DNA of 64,000 bases from the human T2T-CHM13v2.0 reference genome, Homo sapiens (GCA_009914755.4 CP068257.2:5632001-5696000), one strand, 5' to 3'. Counted from the stretch's first letter, positions 14,493 through 29,850 are shown. Program-made: numbers and translations. The notes: generated by a model not told the origin, from the sequence alone.

Positions 14493-14799
14493 ACCCTTTT
14501 AATTGACAAATTTTACAAAGACTGATACTAGAGGTTGTTGGACAGGCCGTTGTCCCACATAATATCTTAAGAGTTGCCGATGCACAAGTAAGGTGGTAAA
14601 ATGCCTTTGAAAAACTGACCATACCTGCTATACTTTAATATTCAGATACAAAACTCCCAGAAATTCCATCTTGTCATTTATTTCCACAAGAAAAAACAAG
14701 AGACCTGTATTAAAATATCCATTTCTATTAAAATTAATCACACTAGGTTTCTTCAAATTTTTTTATTAGTAGCTCTTGTTTTCAGCAGTACAATTTCTA

Positions 14800-15683
<884 letters not shown>

Positions 15684-17386
15684 TATTTTGTATTTTTTAA
15701 TCTACAACACTCTAAGAACACATATTTTAAATAAATTTGTACATTCAGTGCCTAGAACAAAACCAGCATTTTGTAGATTCCAAAGAATTATTTGTTGTAT
15801 AAATGATGAATAACTTAAATAAGTTATCATTTATAACATCTATATACAAACAATATATTACCTGAGAATACAGTGATAACATTTGTTATGTATAAAATGA
15901 TTGCAATCTCAGTTAAAAAATATTTTTTGCATGAGTTATTGTCATATGCAGATGCTCACATTGTTTTGTTTAGATGAAAATGTTTGTAACTACTATGCAC
16001 ATTTTTGTTACTTAAGCCTTTTGGTCTTGCTGCCGTAGCAAATACTGTGCCTCTTAAGAACATGAACCTGTTTTTCTTCATTTTTTAGCAGATTTCTTAA
16101 TGAAATATATAGCATACTATTTTGTTTAACACATAAGCAGACACCCTGTCGAAGCAAAGAGACATCTACTTCACCATTACCACCCATCCCTCTGCTAATG
16201 TGGCTGCTGAAGATGTTACCTAGAGCAGAGGACTTTGTGTTCAGCCTAAGCACTTTATATCCTTTATTTTCAATTGGGTAGGAGATAAAATAATTCAGCA
16301 GCAATAAAAGTCACACTTCTTAAAGTTGCAGTCTCACCAATGCACCACAATGTAGCAGTCTCTCTTGTGAGGTATCACGTGGAGTTCTTCATCTCACCAC
16401 CAAGATGATTAAGGAACAGGGACACACGGGTGAGGTTGGAGTGAAAGTTTAATAAGAAAAAGGAGGAAGCTCTCTGCAGCAGACAAAGGAGTCCAACTGG
16501 ATTGCCGTTTTTACTGTTGAATCAAAAAGCTTTTATAAGAAACTCCTCTCAGCTCTATATAAAACTGTCTGCACAATTCCCTTTATATATCCAGCTGTGG
16601 GTATGTGTCTAGTCAAGCATAAAGTGGGCTTCTCTTGTTTGTATAACTGTGGGTTTGTTTTAGGTAAGCCCCCCTCCTCCCTGTGCAAGTTCCCACAGAG
16701 GCCGCCATGTATATGCCTGAAAAAGGGAGGAAAATTTTACCTGGGAGCTTGCCAATTACACAAAGACAGAAGGCATGTGTGCTGGACCTTGCATGCTTAT
16801 CTGTTCAGGACTTATCTGTAGGTGCAGTAGTTGTGATTTTTCAGGCTGACAGCTTCCCTGAGGACCAGTCTCTTACTTGTTTACTCAACTAATTTTCCTT
16901 TCCTTCTCCCTCAACATTATGCAGCAAAACAGAGTACACTTCTCTTTCCCAGTAAACCAGGTTGGTACTCCACTCTGAATACTTGTATTATTGGATTTCT
17001 TAGAAAAAAATATTTGGGATCATAATTTAGATGCCATCAAACAATGAACAAAAACATGCTACTTCGTTTCCCTTCTCTTCTCTTGTTACCAGACAATAGC
17101 TAGTTTTCTTTTCTCTCCAATCCCTTTTTTCTGTGCTTCTACCTGATTTTTGAAAAAACTTCTACACATTTCCAATCTTAGTATAGCAGACATCATATAT
17201 GTGGTCAAACTACATACGTAGGAAGAATAGAATTATATAATTATATTCAAGCATTTTAAAATAATTACCCTTCAGTTTGTTTTGCAGTTATTTTACATAA
17301 TCAAATGTCTTCCTGATATACTTTCCAACCCAGTGGTTGTCAAGCTCTGCTTTGTTTTCTAATTGCATCAGAATTATCCACAAGTC

Positions 17387-17681
<295 letters not shown>

Positions 17682-20044
17682 TAAATCAGCACAACTCAAG
17701 ATTTAAGAAATAAAAATTTCCAAGAGAAGAAACCCAGGAATATGCATTGAAAATGACTCCCTCAGGTGATTCTGATGTGATATGTGGTCTGAGTTTAAAA
17801 TGCAAGGAAAATTACCTTCCCTGCCCTCCAGTTGGCCCTTATGTCCAGATGTCCCTCTTCCCCTTTCTCATTGTGCTCTCTCCTTCTGTGCCTTTCTTCT
17901 ATTCTCTCTCCACTTCTCATCCAGATGCCAAGCCCTCTTCCATCAATTGTCTTAAAACTCCAAATGGTCAGTTGCCTCTAAACTTTCCTCTGTCCCATGA
18001 ACAAGTTACTCAGGCAAACGTAGAATTTAAGCTTGGACCAAGCTGAATCAAGAGCTGCAATTAAAGGTTTCCCTAAGCCCAGAGGGGACCAGCGAATACT
18101 TATAGAAGATTTTGGATTTCCTCTGAATGCATAAGGCTCTGGGTAACCTAATTCTATAGACCAAATGTTATTGTCCCCCTCAAATTCAAGTGCTGATATC
18201 TAATTCCCTATGTGATGATATTTGGAGGTAGGGCCTTGGGGAATGATTAGCTCATGAAGGCAGGGACCACAGGAGTGGGATTAATAGCCCCTATTGAAGG
18301 CACCATAGAGAGCTCTCTCATCCCTTCTGTCATGTGAGGACATGGTAGAAACATGGCTGTCTATGAACCACAAAGCAAGCCCACACCAGACATGGAATCT
18401 GCTAACCACTTGACCTTGAATTTTGCCATCTCCAAAACTGAAAGAAACAAATTGGTTTATAAGCTTCCTCATCTATGACATTCTGTTTTGACCCCAGATT
18501 AGCTAAAAACACCAAAATATCAACTTGTACACCAAATTTTGGAAATGGATGCTAAAACTTTGATGGCAAAAGGTGACTGATCTGCCTGAGAAACGAAGCT
18601 ACATGATCCCTCTTTTCACAAAGCTGGAGGGAGAGTCAACACAAGCAAAAATAGGTCAAATTCTTCTAAAAGCCATACCTGAAGGGTTTTCAATATCACT
18701 TGATCAGATCGTAATTTAATCACACAAAGAGCCATAACTAAACACACAACTATCAGAGGTTTTCAATGTCACCTTAAAAACATCATCTACAATATTAGGG
18801 AGTGAAAGAAGTCATGGAAGTTTCAAAAAGTCAAACTTTATTTCAGTGTTATGGTAGAAATTTGAGATTCTTAGTTAAGCTATGAATAAATCCTTGGGCA
18901 GGTGCAGGCATGGAGATTCTGGGGTGCAGCTGCTGAGTTTAAATCTTCCTTTGGAGATGCCCCCTGGCCCCCTCAACCCCTGTCTGCCTGTCAAGAAGAG
19001 GCCATCCTGGGCAGAACATTAGAGGCAAATGGCCCAGATGCCTAGCTGAGGGCAAACCTCCATGCCTGGAGGAGGAGGTCGCCTCTGGGAGCAGGAGGAC
19101 CTCCTGGAACCCCTGCTCACAGGCTCCTTTTCTTGCTCTCCAGCACCTCCTGTAGGCAGGCAAACAACCCCAGCAGCAGTAGCAGCAGGCTCTTCAGCAG
19201 CAGGGCTGCTGCTCTGCTGAATGAGAGAAGTCCCTCTCCAGTGAGGCAGAGGAGCCCAGGTTGCACACCCTGGTCTCTGCCTCCATAGCTTCCACTGTGC
19301 CCAGGACTGGGAGCAGTGTGGGAGCTGCTGGCTGGAGCTGTGCTGGTCACCCCCTCTCTGCCACCTCTAGCTCCAGCCACACTTTCAGCTTGGGCAGTCC
19401 CAGGGCAATGGCAGGAGGGCTCTGGAGCCTCCTCTAGCTCCAGCGCTGTCCCTGGAGGGGGCTTTGACCCTGGTGCTGACACTGGCTCCACAGCTGGCAC
19501 TGGAAATAGCTGTATTTCTGCACCTGAAGCAGGAACTGAAAAAGGAGAGAGGTCACCAATATCACTCACTTTCCACTGGAATTTCCAAACATGAAGACAA
19601 CCTCACTGAATTTAAAGGAATTTCAGCCTGAAAACATTGTCCCTGGAAAGACTTCCAGACTGCAGGTGACCTCAGCATGTGCCTGTGTCTCAATGAGCTC
19701 CAGAGGCTCCAGCTGGACAAGGACAATGTGCAGATGTGGCCCTGGTGGGATCACTGTGAGGCCTGGCCTGGTAGCTCCATCTGGGGCCTGATGTCTACCT
19801 GGTGACTCCTGTCCTGTGGTACCTGGGGGGGCCTTCTGCTAAATGGCCAGAGGCATCTGGGGTGAGGGATGAGCCTACAAGGGCATCGTCAGAAAAGAAA
19901 GGTTCTCACTCCTGCCATTCCTGAAGCAGGAGCCTTGAGATGTGTGGATGCAGCACAGGAACATCTTGCTCTCTTGAGCATCTCCCACCAAGTGAGCTGG
20001 CTATGGGGCTAACTCTAGGATGTGGGTGCCTGGTTATCGGGATT

Positions 20045-20612
20045 CTTTTTTTTTTTTTTTGAGACATAGTCTCATTCTGTTGGCCAGGCTGGAGTGCAGT
20101 TTCATGATCTCAGCTCACTGCAACATCCACCTACCAGGTTCAATCAATTCTCCTGCCTCAGTCTCCTGAGTAGCTGGGATTACAGGCACAAGACATGCAC
20201 CACAACACCTGGCTAGTTGTTTTGTTTGTTTGTTTGTTTGTTTGTTTTTTTTTGAGACAGAGTCTTGCTCTGTCTCCCAGGCTGGATGGAGTGCAGTGGC
20301 GCGATCTTGGCTCACTTCAAGCTCCGCGTCCTGGGTTCATGCCATTCTTCTGCCTCAGCCTACCAAGTAGCTGGGACTACAGGCACCTGCCACTATGTTC
20401 GGCTAATTTTTGTATTTTTAGTAGAGATGGGGTTTCACTGTGTTAGCCAGTATGGTCTCGATCTCCTGACCTTGTTTGTTTTTTGTATTTTTAGTGGACA
20501 TATGGTTTTACCATGTTGGTCAGGCTGGTCTTGATCTCCTGATTTCATGATCCTCCTGCCTCAGCCTCCCAAAGTGCTGGGATTACAGGTGTGAGCCACC
20601 GTGCCTGGCCTG
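20045..20612 (-). mobile_element. Cluster of 2-3 partial Alu elements (all minus orientation) separated by a (GTTT)n tract. The second Alu carries an internal ~60-bp duplication.
   Basis: Poly-T then gagacatagtctcattctgttggccaggctggagtgcag... at 20045. (gttt)n at 20216-20245. A second poly-T then gagacagagtcttgctctgtctcccaggctgga... ending ...gggattacaggtgtgagccaccgtgcctggcc at 20610. Confidence 0.75.
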
Positions 20613-20774
20613 GTTACCAGAATTCTAATTTCCGTTAGGGTCTGTTGCCAAGGAAGTGAGGTCGCTTCTTTAAGGTTCCGTCCCCTTGGCCTCCTCCTTC
20701 CAGAAGACCTACTCAGGACCCCAGTGGGCTGCTGACTGCTCACCTTCCCCACAGGTCAACTCCTTACCTGTACA

Positions 20775-23700
20775 CAGTTATGTCCACCCAGGGCCTGCTT
20801 GGACACCTGCACCTGATGTTCCCCAGGGGCCTAGGAATCCACTTGGGGCCTGGGAACCTACAGGGGCCTAATGTTACCCTGCAGATTGGGTAGCCACCTG
20901 GGGACCAGGCATCAACCTGGGTATTGTGGTTGACCTGTGGGCTAATGTCCAGCTGGGGACTGGTTATTCACCTGAGGCCTGATGCGTACCTGGGGCCGAA
21001 TGTCCCCCTCAGGGTGAATTCCACCTCAGGCCTGTATGTCCACCTGGGGCCTGATGTCTGCCTTAGATCTGTGTCCCACTGGGGCCTTGTGTTCACCAGG
21101 GACTGGTATCCAGCTGTGGCCTGATGACCTACTGCATCCTGCTGCTCACCTACGGCCTGGTGTCTACCTGGGGCTTGGTGATCACCTGGGAGCTGGATAT
21201 CAACCTGGGGCCTGGGTGTCCACTTAAGGCCTGATGTGGGCCTGGGGCCTGACTGTCCACCTGGGGACTGGGTGTCCACCTGGGGTCTGATGTCCACCTG
21301 AAGTTAGGTATTTACCTAAGGCTTGGTGTCTACCTGTGCCCTGATGTCCACATGAGTCTGGGGTTTGGTTGGGGCCTGCTGTACATCTGGGAACTTGGTG
21401 TCTATCTGAGGCCTGATGTCTACCTGGTGACTGCGATCCTCTTGAGGCCTGCTATCCACCTGGGAATGGTTTATCCATGGAAACGGTTATGTCCACCTGG
21501 GGCTGGATGTTGCCCAGCGGCTAGATGTCCACCTGTGGCCCCGTATCCACCTAGGGCCTGATGTCCACCTGGGGCATGGTGTTCACCTGAGACCCGGGTG
21601 TTTACATAGGGCCTGATGTCCAGCTGGTGCCTAGGTGCCCACTGGGGGCCTTGTGTTAACCTGGGGACTGGTATCCAGCTGGGTCCTAATGACCACCTGG
21701 GTTGAATTATTCACCTAGAGTTTGGTATTCACTTAGGGCTTGAGTGTCAGCCTTGGACCTGGTGTCCACCTGGGCCTTGGGTATCAAACTAGGGGTTTGG
21801 TATCCAGTTGAGACATCATTTGCACCTTGGGTCTGAGTGTTCGCATGAGGCCAGATGACCACTGGGGGCCTGAATGTCAACCTGGGTTCTGAAATTCACT
21901 GGAAGCCTAGGTATCTAGCTGGGGCCTGATGTCCACCTGGGACTAGGTGTCAACATGTGGCCTGATGTAAACCTCTAGTTGAGTGTCCACCTTGGGCCTG
22001 ATGTCCACTGGGGGACTGATGTTCCCCTTTGATCTGATGTCTACCTGGAAACCGTGTATTCACCCATGGCCTGATGGTCACCTGGGGTTGAATGTCCAAC
22101 TGTGGCCAGATGTGCACCCGGATCCTGGGCATCCACCTGGGGCCTGATGTTCATCTGGGGCCTGGAGTTCACCTGAGGCACGATGTCCACCTGAAGCCTA
22201 ATGTTCATCTGAGTGCTGAGTCTAATGTACTCCTGGGTTCTAGGGTCCTCTTGGGACCTGATGTCTACCAGATCCTGGTATCCACTTGGGGCCTGGTATC
22301 CACCTAGGACTTGATATTCACCTGGGGCCTGGGAATCCACTTGATAACTGGTGCCCATCAGGGTCCTATGTTTACCTTGGGACTGGGTAACCACCTGAGG
22401 CCTGATGTCCACTTAGGGCATAAGTGTTTAGCTGGGGTCTAGTGTTCACATAGGGTCTGATGTCAACCTTGAGCCCAGGTATTCACCAGGAGACTAGTGT
22501 CCAGCTGGGAACAGATGTTCACTTGGGGCCAGGTGTCAACTTGAAGCATGGTTGTCAACCTAGGACCTGATGTCTAGTCCAGTGTCCACCTTGGGCCTGT
22601 TTACTACCCGGGGCCTGTGTGTCCACATAGACCCTGATGTCAATCTGGGGCCTGGGTATTTACCGGAGGCCTGGATATTCATTGGTACATTATGTCTACT
22701 GGAGTCTTTGTGTCAATCTGAGCTCTGATGTCCACTTAGAGATTGGGTATCCACCTAAGGCCTGTTGTTTACATGGGGCCTGTAACAAGAGGTTCCAGAT
22801 GAACTCAGATGTCCACCTGAGGCCTGATGTCCACCTGAGTTCTGAGTGTTAACACAGGGCCTGCTGTCAACCTGGGACCTAAGTATTTACCTAGGGCCTG
22901 GGTGTCCACCTGGGGCCTGACTTCCAAATAGATCTTGTGTCAACAGGTGGCTTGATGTGCACTTTGGGCCTAGGTAACTTCCTGATGACTAATGCCCACA
23001 TGGCTCCTAAGGACCATCTGAGGCCTGGTATTAATTTAGAGACTGGTATACACCTGGAGTCCAGGTATCCACTTGGGACCTGATGTTCACCTGGAGTGTA
23101 CGAATTCACGTGGGGCCTGGTGTCCACCTTGAGTGTGTGTATCCAATTGAGTGCTGGTGTCCACCTGGAGTCCAGTGTATACCCGGGGACTGATGTACAC
23201 ATGGGGCCTGGGCATCCATCTAGGACCTGATATTCAGATAAGGGCTGGCGTTCTCCTGGCCTGGTGTCCACATGGAGCCTGGATATACACTTGGAGCCTG
23301 ATGTCCCAGGTGGATACCTGGGCCCCAGTGGTCATCAGATCCTAGGAAACTCTCAGGCCCCAGGTGCACATAAAGCTCCAAGTGACCACCTAGGCCACAG
23401 GTTGATACACAGGGTCCAGGTGGACACTGGGTGCAAGATGAACACCAGGCCCCTGGTGAACACAAAGCCCCAGGTGTCTACCTAGTCCTCAAGTGGACAC
23501 CAGGCACTAGATTGACACACAGATACCAGGTGGACATCAGGCTGCAGGTGAACATCAGGCCTCAGGTGGTTGGGTTACTTATAGCATAGGTGGCCATCAG
23601 GTCCCAGGTCTATATCCACTCCCCACCTGAAAATCAGGATCCAGGTGGATACCCATATTCTAGGTGAACACCAGTTTCCAAATGGACATCAGGCTCCAAG

Positions 23701-26700
23701 TGAACACACAGGCCCCAGTTCAATACCAGCCTCAGGTAGACATCAGGACCCAGGTGGACCCCAGGCCCAATGTGCATGCCTAGTCTCTTGGAATACATCA
23801 TTTTCAACGTGGACACCCAGATTCCTTGTAGACGTCTGCTGCCAGGTGGACATCTGGCTGCAGGAGGACATCAGGCCCCAGGTGGAGACCCAGTACACAG
23901 GTGTAAATCAGGCTGCAGTATTTCATCAGGCCCCAGTTAAACACTTGACTAAAGGTGTGCATCAAGACCCAGGTTGACACCCAGGCTTCAGTGCACACTA
24001 GGCCCAAAGTGTACACCTGTGCCAAGGTGGGCATCAGGCCCAAGGTGTACACCAGACTCCAAGTGGACATCAGGTTCCAGGTTGACACCAGTCTCTAAGT
24101 AGATCCTTAAGCCCCAATTGGTCATCAGGCCCAAGGTGGATAGATTGACCCCAGGAGGTCTCCAGGTCCCAGGCAGGCCTCAGGTGGACACTAAGCCCTA
24201 GATTAACACAAGGTCTGAGATGGTTTCAGCCCCTGTGTGGACTTTAGTCATAAGGAGCTTACCTAGGCCCTAAGAGGACATCAGGCCCCAGGTTGACACA
24301 ATGAACCATGTAGAAGTCAGGCTCTAAGTAGACACCCAGGCCCTAGGTAAATACTTTGGTCCCAAGCCAACATCAGGCCCTATGTGGACACCCAGACTCC
24401 AGGCAGATGTCAGGCCCCAGGTGAACACTGAACTCAGGGTGGTCCTCAGGCCCTAGGTTGACACATAGGCCACAGGTAGACAACAGGCATAGGTGAACTT
24501 CAGGCTAAATATGAACGTCGGGCTCCAGGAAGAAGTCTGTGCCCCAGTTAAACACCGGGTCTTAGGTAGACATCAGGCCTCAAATGGATGCCCAGGCCCC
24601 AGGTGGATATAAGGCCTCAGGCAAACACCAGATCCCAGGTAGACATTAGACACAAGATGGACACTCAGGCCACAAGTGAACATCTGTTCCCAGATGGACA
24701 TCCATCCCAAGGTGGACATCAGGCCAGAGATGTACACCCAGGCCCCAGGAGAACCCCAGGCCCCAGGAGGACACTCAAGCGCCAGAAGGACACCCAGTCC
24801 CTAGGTAACTAAAAGGCCCCAAGTGGACATGATGTTCCAGATGGATATGAGGCCCCAAGTGGATACTAGGCCCAGGTGGACCCCAGGTCTCAGGGGCACA
24901 CCAGGCCCCAGGGGAACACCAGGCCCTGGGTAAGCATGCAGTCCCAGGTGGACATCAGGTGCCAGGAGGACACCAGGACCCAGTTGGTCATCAAGCCACA
25001 GCTGAACACCAGTTCCCCATGAACACCAGTCCTCAGGTGGGCACCTAGTCCTCCCGTGTGCATCAGGTGCCAGGCTGACATAGGCACCAGCTGAACTCTG
25101 GGCCTCAGGTGAACATCAGATCCCAGGTTGTCACCCAGGCCCCAAGTGAATACCAGGTTTTAGGTGGACACGAGGTCCTAGGTGGATGTCTATGCTCCTG
25201 GTGAACCTCAGGCCCTAGTGGACACTCAGGCCCTTTATAGACATCTGGCTCCTTGTGCACTCCCAGGGCCCAGGTAGACATGAGGACCCAGAGGAAAACC
25301 AGTCCTTAGTCATCTAACACTGAATTCCCCTAGGGTTGGAGACTGAGTATTCACCTTGGGCCTAGGAATCTACCTGGGGCCAGATGTTGATCTGGGGCCT
25401 GATGTCTACTCAGGTTCAGCTGTCCACTTAGGGTGGGGTGTTTTTCTGGGACCCAGAGTCTACCTGAAATCTTGGTATCAACCTGGGGCCTATGTGTCCA
25501 CTTGGAGTCTGATGTGCACTTGAAGCCTGAATTTTCACCTAGGATCTGATGAGCACTTGGGGCGCAGGTTTCCATCTGAAAATCAGGCTCTAGTTATACA
25601 TCTGGGCCCCAGGTATACCCTGGACACCGAAAGAACTCCAGCCCCTATCTTAACATGAGGTCCTAGGTGGATGCCCAGGCGTCATGTCTACATTAGGCCT
25701 CAGGTAGACACGACTCCAGGCGGGCATCAGGCCTGATATTGGCTCTATGTCTCCACCCAAATCTCATGTTGAATTGTAATCCCCATGGGTTGAAGAAGGG
25801 GCGTGGTGAGAGGTGATTGAATCATGGGGGCAGACTTCCCACTTGCTCTTCTCGTGATAGACTTCTTACGAGATCTGGTTATTTGAAAGTGTGCAGCACA
25901 TCCCCCTTCTCTCTCCCTCCTCCTCCCCCATGGTAAAAAGGGCTTGCTTCCTCTTGGCTTTACATCATGATTGTAAGTGTCCCGGGCCCACCCAGTCATG
26001 CTCCCTATTAAGCCTGAAGAACTGTGGCTCAGTTAAACCTCTTTTCCTCATAAGTTGCCCAATATCAGGTAGTTTTTTATAACAGTGTGAAAATGGACTA
26101 ATACAAGACCTTAGGATAACAACCATGCTTCAGGCCATAGGTGGACATCTGGCTGCAACTGGACACTATTCCCCAGGTGGATACCTAGGCTCAAGGTTGA
26201 CATTAGTCTCCAGGTAAACAACAAGCCCCAGGTGAATACCTATGCCCTAAGTAGACATCAGGCCTCAGGCTGACACTCAGTCTAAGCTCAACATTAGACT
26301 CAGGTGGACACCCAGACTCCAGGTGGATACTAGACCCCAGGGGAACACCAGACTCCTGGTAAGCATAAGGCCCCAGGAGGACACTAGAATCCAGGTGTAC
26401 ATAAAGCCACTGGTTGACTCCAAGCCCTCAGATGAACACCAGGCCAACTAGTGGACATTAGGCACATGAGAATACTTGGGCACCAGGCAGGTATCAGGCC
26501 CCGGGTAAACATCAAACTTCAGGTGGACATCGTTCTCCATGTAAACTCTAGCCCCAGCTAAACATCAGGCTCCAGGTGGAAGCCCAGACCCCAGGTGCAC
26601 TTCTGGCCACAGTTGGACATCTGTCCCCAGGTGAATATCAGACCATGGATGGATAGCAAGTCCCCAGGTGGACATCAGGTCAAAAGAGAATATAAGTCTC

Positions 26701-29700
26701 TAGGAAGACATCTGGCCCCAGGTGGATACTGAACTAGAGGTTTACATCAGACCCCAGATTGACATTCAGTCCCCAGGTGGTCATGACACCTCAATTGGAC
26801 ACCAAGTCCTCAGGTTGATAACCAAGTCCCAGGTGGACACCACGTCAAAGATGAACACAAGACCTAAGGTTGTCATTCAAGCCCCAAATGGACACCAGGC
26901 CCTAGGTGAATAATATGACCCAGGGGATCATTGGGACCCAGCTGCATACCAGTCCCCAGGTTTACACGAGGCCCCAAGTAGGTTCCTAAGCTCTAGTTGA
27001 ACATGAGGTCTCCAGTAGACACCCAGGACTAAGGTGGACATCAAGCATCAGATGGACGTCTGGCTGCGGATGAACATCAAGCCTCACATGGATACCTAGT
27101 CCGCAGGTAGGCATCAGGCCCCAGTTTGACATCAGTTTCTGGGTGGATCCTTAAGCCCCAGGTGGATATCCAGTGTCCAGCTGGACATCAGCCCCTCGTG
27201 GACGCCCAGTCCCCAGGTGAATATCAGGTCTCAGATGAACACAAGTCCTCAGGCAGACATCAGACACCAGGTGTACACTCAGACCCCAAGAGGACATCTG
27301 TCCCCAGGTTGACATCACTCTCAAGGTGTACATTAGGCCACAGATGTACACCCAGGTCCAAGGCAGACACGAGTCCCCAGTAAAACTCAAGGCCCCAGGA
27401 GGATACTCAAGCCCTAGGTGGATGCCCAGACCCCAGGTAATTACAAGGCCCCAGGTGGATACCAGATTCCAGATGAACATTAGGCCTCAAGTGGATACCT
27501 AGGCACCAGGTAGACACCAGGCCCCAGGTACATCCCCTGGTCTCAGGTGCACACTAGGTCCCCAGTGAACACTGGCTCCAGGTAAGCACCCAGTCCAAGG
27601 TAGACATCATGACCCAGGTGGTCATTAGGCCACAGCTGAACACCAATCTTGAGTGAACACCAGATCCCAGGTGGGTACCTAGTCCAGGTGGATATTAGGC
27701 CCCAAGTGGACACCCAGCCCCCAGGTGAACATCAAGCTTCAGGTGGACATCATGCCTCAGGTGAACTCCGGGTCCCAGCCCAGCTGAACATCAGGCTGCA
27801 GGTGGATGCCTAGGTTCCAGGTGCACAACAGGTCACAGTTGGACATTCAGCCCCAGGTGAACATCAGGCCATGGGTGGATAAACAGTCCACAGGTGGACA
27901 TCAGGTCAAAGGTGAACATCAGTACTCAGGTGGACATCAGGCTCCAGGTTGACATCAAGCCCAAGGTGGACACTGAACTAGAGGTTTACATCAGGCCCCA
28001 GGTTGACACCCAGGCTCAGGTGGACATTGGGCCCCAGGTGGATACCTAGGCCCCTAGTAAACCTCAGATTCTAGGTTGACATTCAGGCCCCCAGTAGTCA
28101 TTTGGCCCCAAGTGGACACTCAGGCGCCAGGTTCACATGATGCCTTAACTGGACACCAAGGGGCCAGTTTGATACCCAAGTCCTGTGTGGGTGCCAGGTC
28201 CAAGGTTACACTCAAGCCCCAAGTGGACACCAGGCCCTAGGTGAATAATACAACCCAGGTGGTCATTAGGCCCCAGAATGACACCAGCCCCCAGGTTAAC
28301 AGGAAGCCCCCAGTGGGTACCTAGGCCCCAGGTGGACATCAGGCCTAATGTGGACACCCAGGATCAAGATGGACATCAGGACTCAGGTGGACATCTGGTG
28401 ACAGGTGGACAACAAGCCTGGTGTGTACCTTGTCCCCGGGTGGTCATCAGGCCCCAGTTCAACACCAGTCCCTGGGTGGATTCCTCGGCTCCAGGTGGAC
28501 ATCTGGTCTTCAGCTGAACATCAGACCCCAGGTGAACACCAGGTTTTAGGTGGACATTAGGCCCCTGGTGGACATAAAGTACCAGTGGACATCCATGCTG
28601 CAGGTGGACACCCAGCGCCCAGATGGGCATCAGGCCCCATTTGGACATTGAGGCCCCAGGTGGATATCAGGCCTCAGGTGAACCCAAGGTCCAACATAGA
28701 CATCAGGCCTTAGGTTGACACTCAAGCACCAGATGGACTGCTGCACCTAAGCAGAAAATAGACTCCTATCTGGATATGTAAGATACAGGTATACAACAAG
28801 CCCCAGGCTGACATCCAGACCCCAGGTGGACACCATACCCCAGCTGAACAGCAGGCAACAGTTTGGCACCAAGTACCTAAGTGAAACAAAGCCTTAGGTG
28901 ATTACCAGGCCATAGGTAGTCATTAGTCTCCAGCTGGACAATAGTCCCTAGGTGGATACCTAGGCCCCAGGTGGACACTAGATCCCAAATTAACACAAAA
29001 ACCAAGTAAAAAATCAAGCCCCCAGTGGACAACCAGGCCCTAGGTAAATACACAAATCTCAAGCTGACACCAGGCCCTACTTGGACACCCAAGCCCTAGG
29101 TGGACTTCAGGCCACAGGTGAACACTGAACTCTAGAAGGTCTTCAGGCCCTATGTTGACTACCTGGCCCCAGGGGGACACCAGGCATAGATGAACTTCAG
29201 GCACCAGCTGTACATCAGGTTCCAGGCAAATGTCCCGACCCCAGGTGGATATCAAACCTCAGATGAACACCAGGCCCCAGGTAGACATCAAAAACCAGGT
29301 GGACACTCAGGCCCCTACTGAATATCCATCCCCAGGTGGACATCCATCCCAAGGTGGACATGAGGCCACAGATGTACACTTAAGCCTAAGGCAGACCCCA
29401 GGCCCCAGGAAAACTCCAGGCTCCATTAGAGCACTCAGACCTCAGGTGGATGCATTGGTCCTAGGTAAATACAAGGCCCCAGACAGACATCAGGCCCCAG
29501 TGAACACCGGAGCCCAGGTGGGTACCTAGTCCCCAGCTGTGCAACAAGCAGAAGGTTGACCCAGTCCCTAGCTGAACTCTGGGCCCCAGCTGAACATCAT
29601 AACCCAGATGGTCACCCAGGCTCCGGGTGAACACACGGTCTTAGGTAGACATCAGGTCCCACATGAACACCCAAGCCCCAGGTAGATATCAGGCCTTAGG

Positions 29701-29850
29701 TGTACACCAGACCTCAGGTGGGCATCTGGCTCCAGATGGCCATAGGTGGATAACTAAGCCTCTCCTGGATATCAGGCCCCAGGTAGACACCAGGCTCCAG
29801 GCGAACATCTAGCCCCAGGGGGACATCCAGCCCCCGGTGAACATCAGGGA
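20775..29850. repeat. Satellite array of a diverged 18-bp unit (~GGCCTGATGTCCACCTGG), ~9.1 kb, with several strand-polarity switches. Family name not recognised.
   Basis: The top strand reads ggcctgatgtccacctgg / ggcctggtgttcacctga... from ~20775 to 23305. It reads the reverse complement ccaggtggacatcaggcc... from 23306 to ~25310. It returns to + at ~25340-25580, then to reverse up to the LTR at 25734, and is reverse again from 26108 to ~29850. Confidence 0.85.
25734..26107 (+). mobile_element. ERVL-MaLR LTR (THE1/MST-like) inserted inside the 18-bp satellite array
   Basis: tgatattggctctatgtctccacccaaatctcatgttgaattgtaatccccatgggttgaagaaggggcgtggtgagaggtgattgaatcatgggggcag...ataacagtgtgaaaatggactaatacaag; satellite sequence flanks both sides. 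Confidence 0.65.

Noticed and set aside
20775-29850. The regularly spaced short repeats could superficially suggest a CRISPR-like array, and the prompt hints at a novel system
   Set aside because: There are no unique spacers between repeats and the units are diverged copies of one 18-mer. The flanks are Alu/L1/MaLR-rich primate DNA with no cas-like ORFs. This is eukaryotic satellite DNA.
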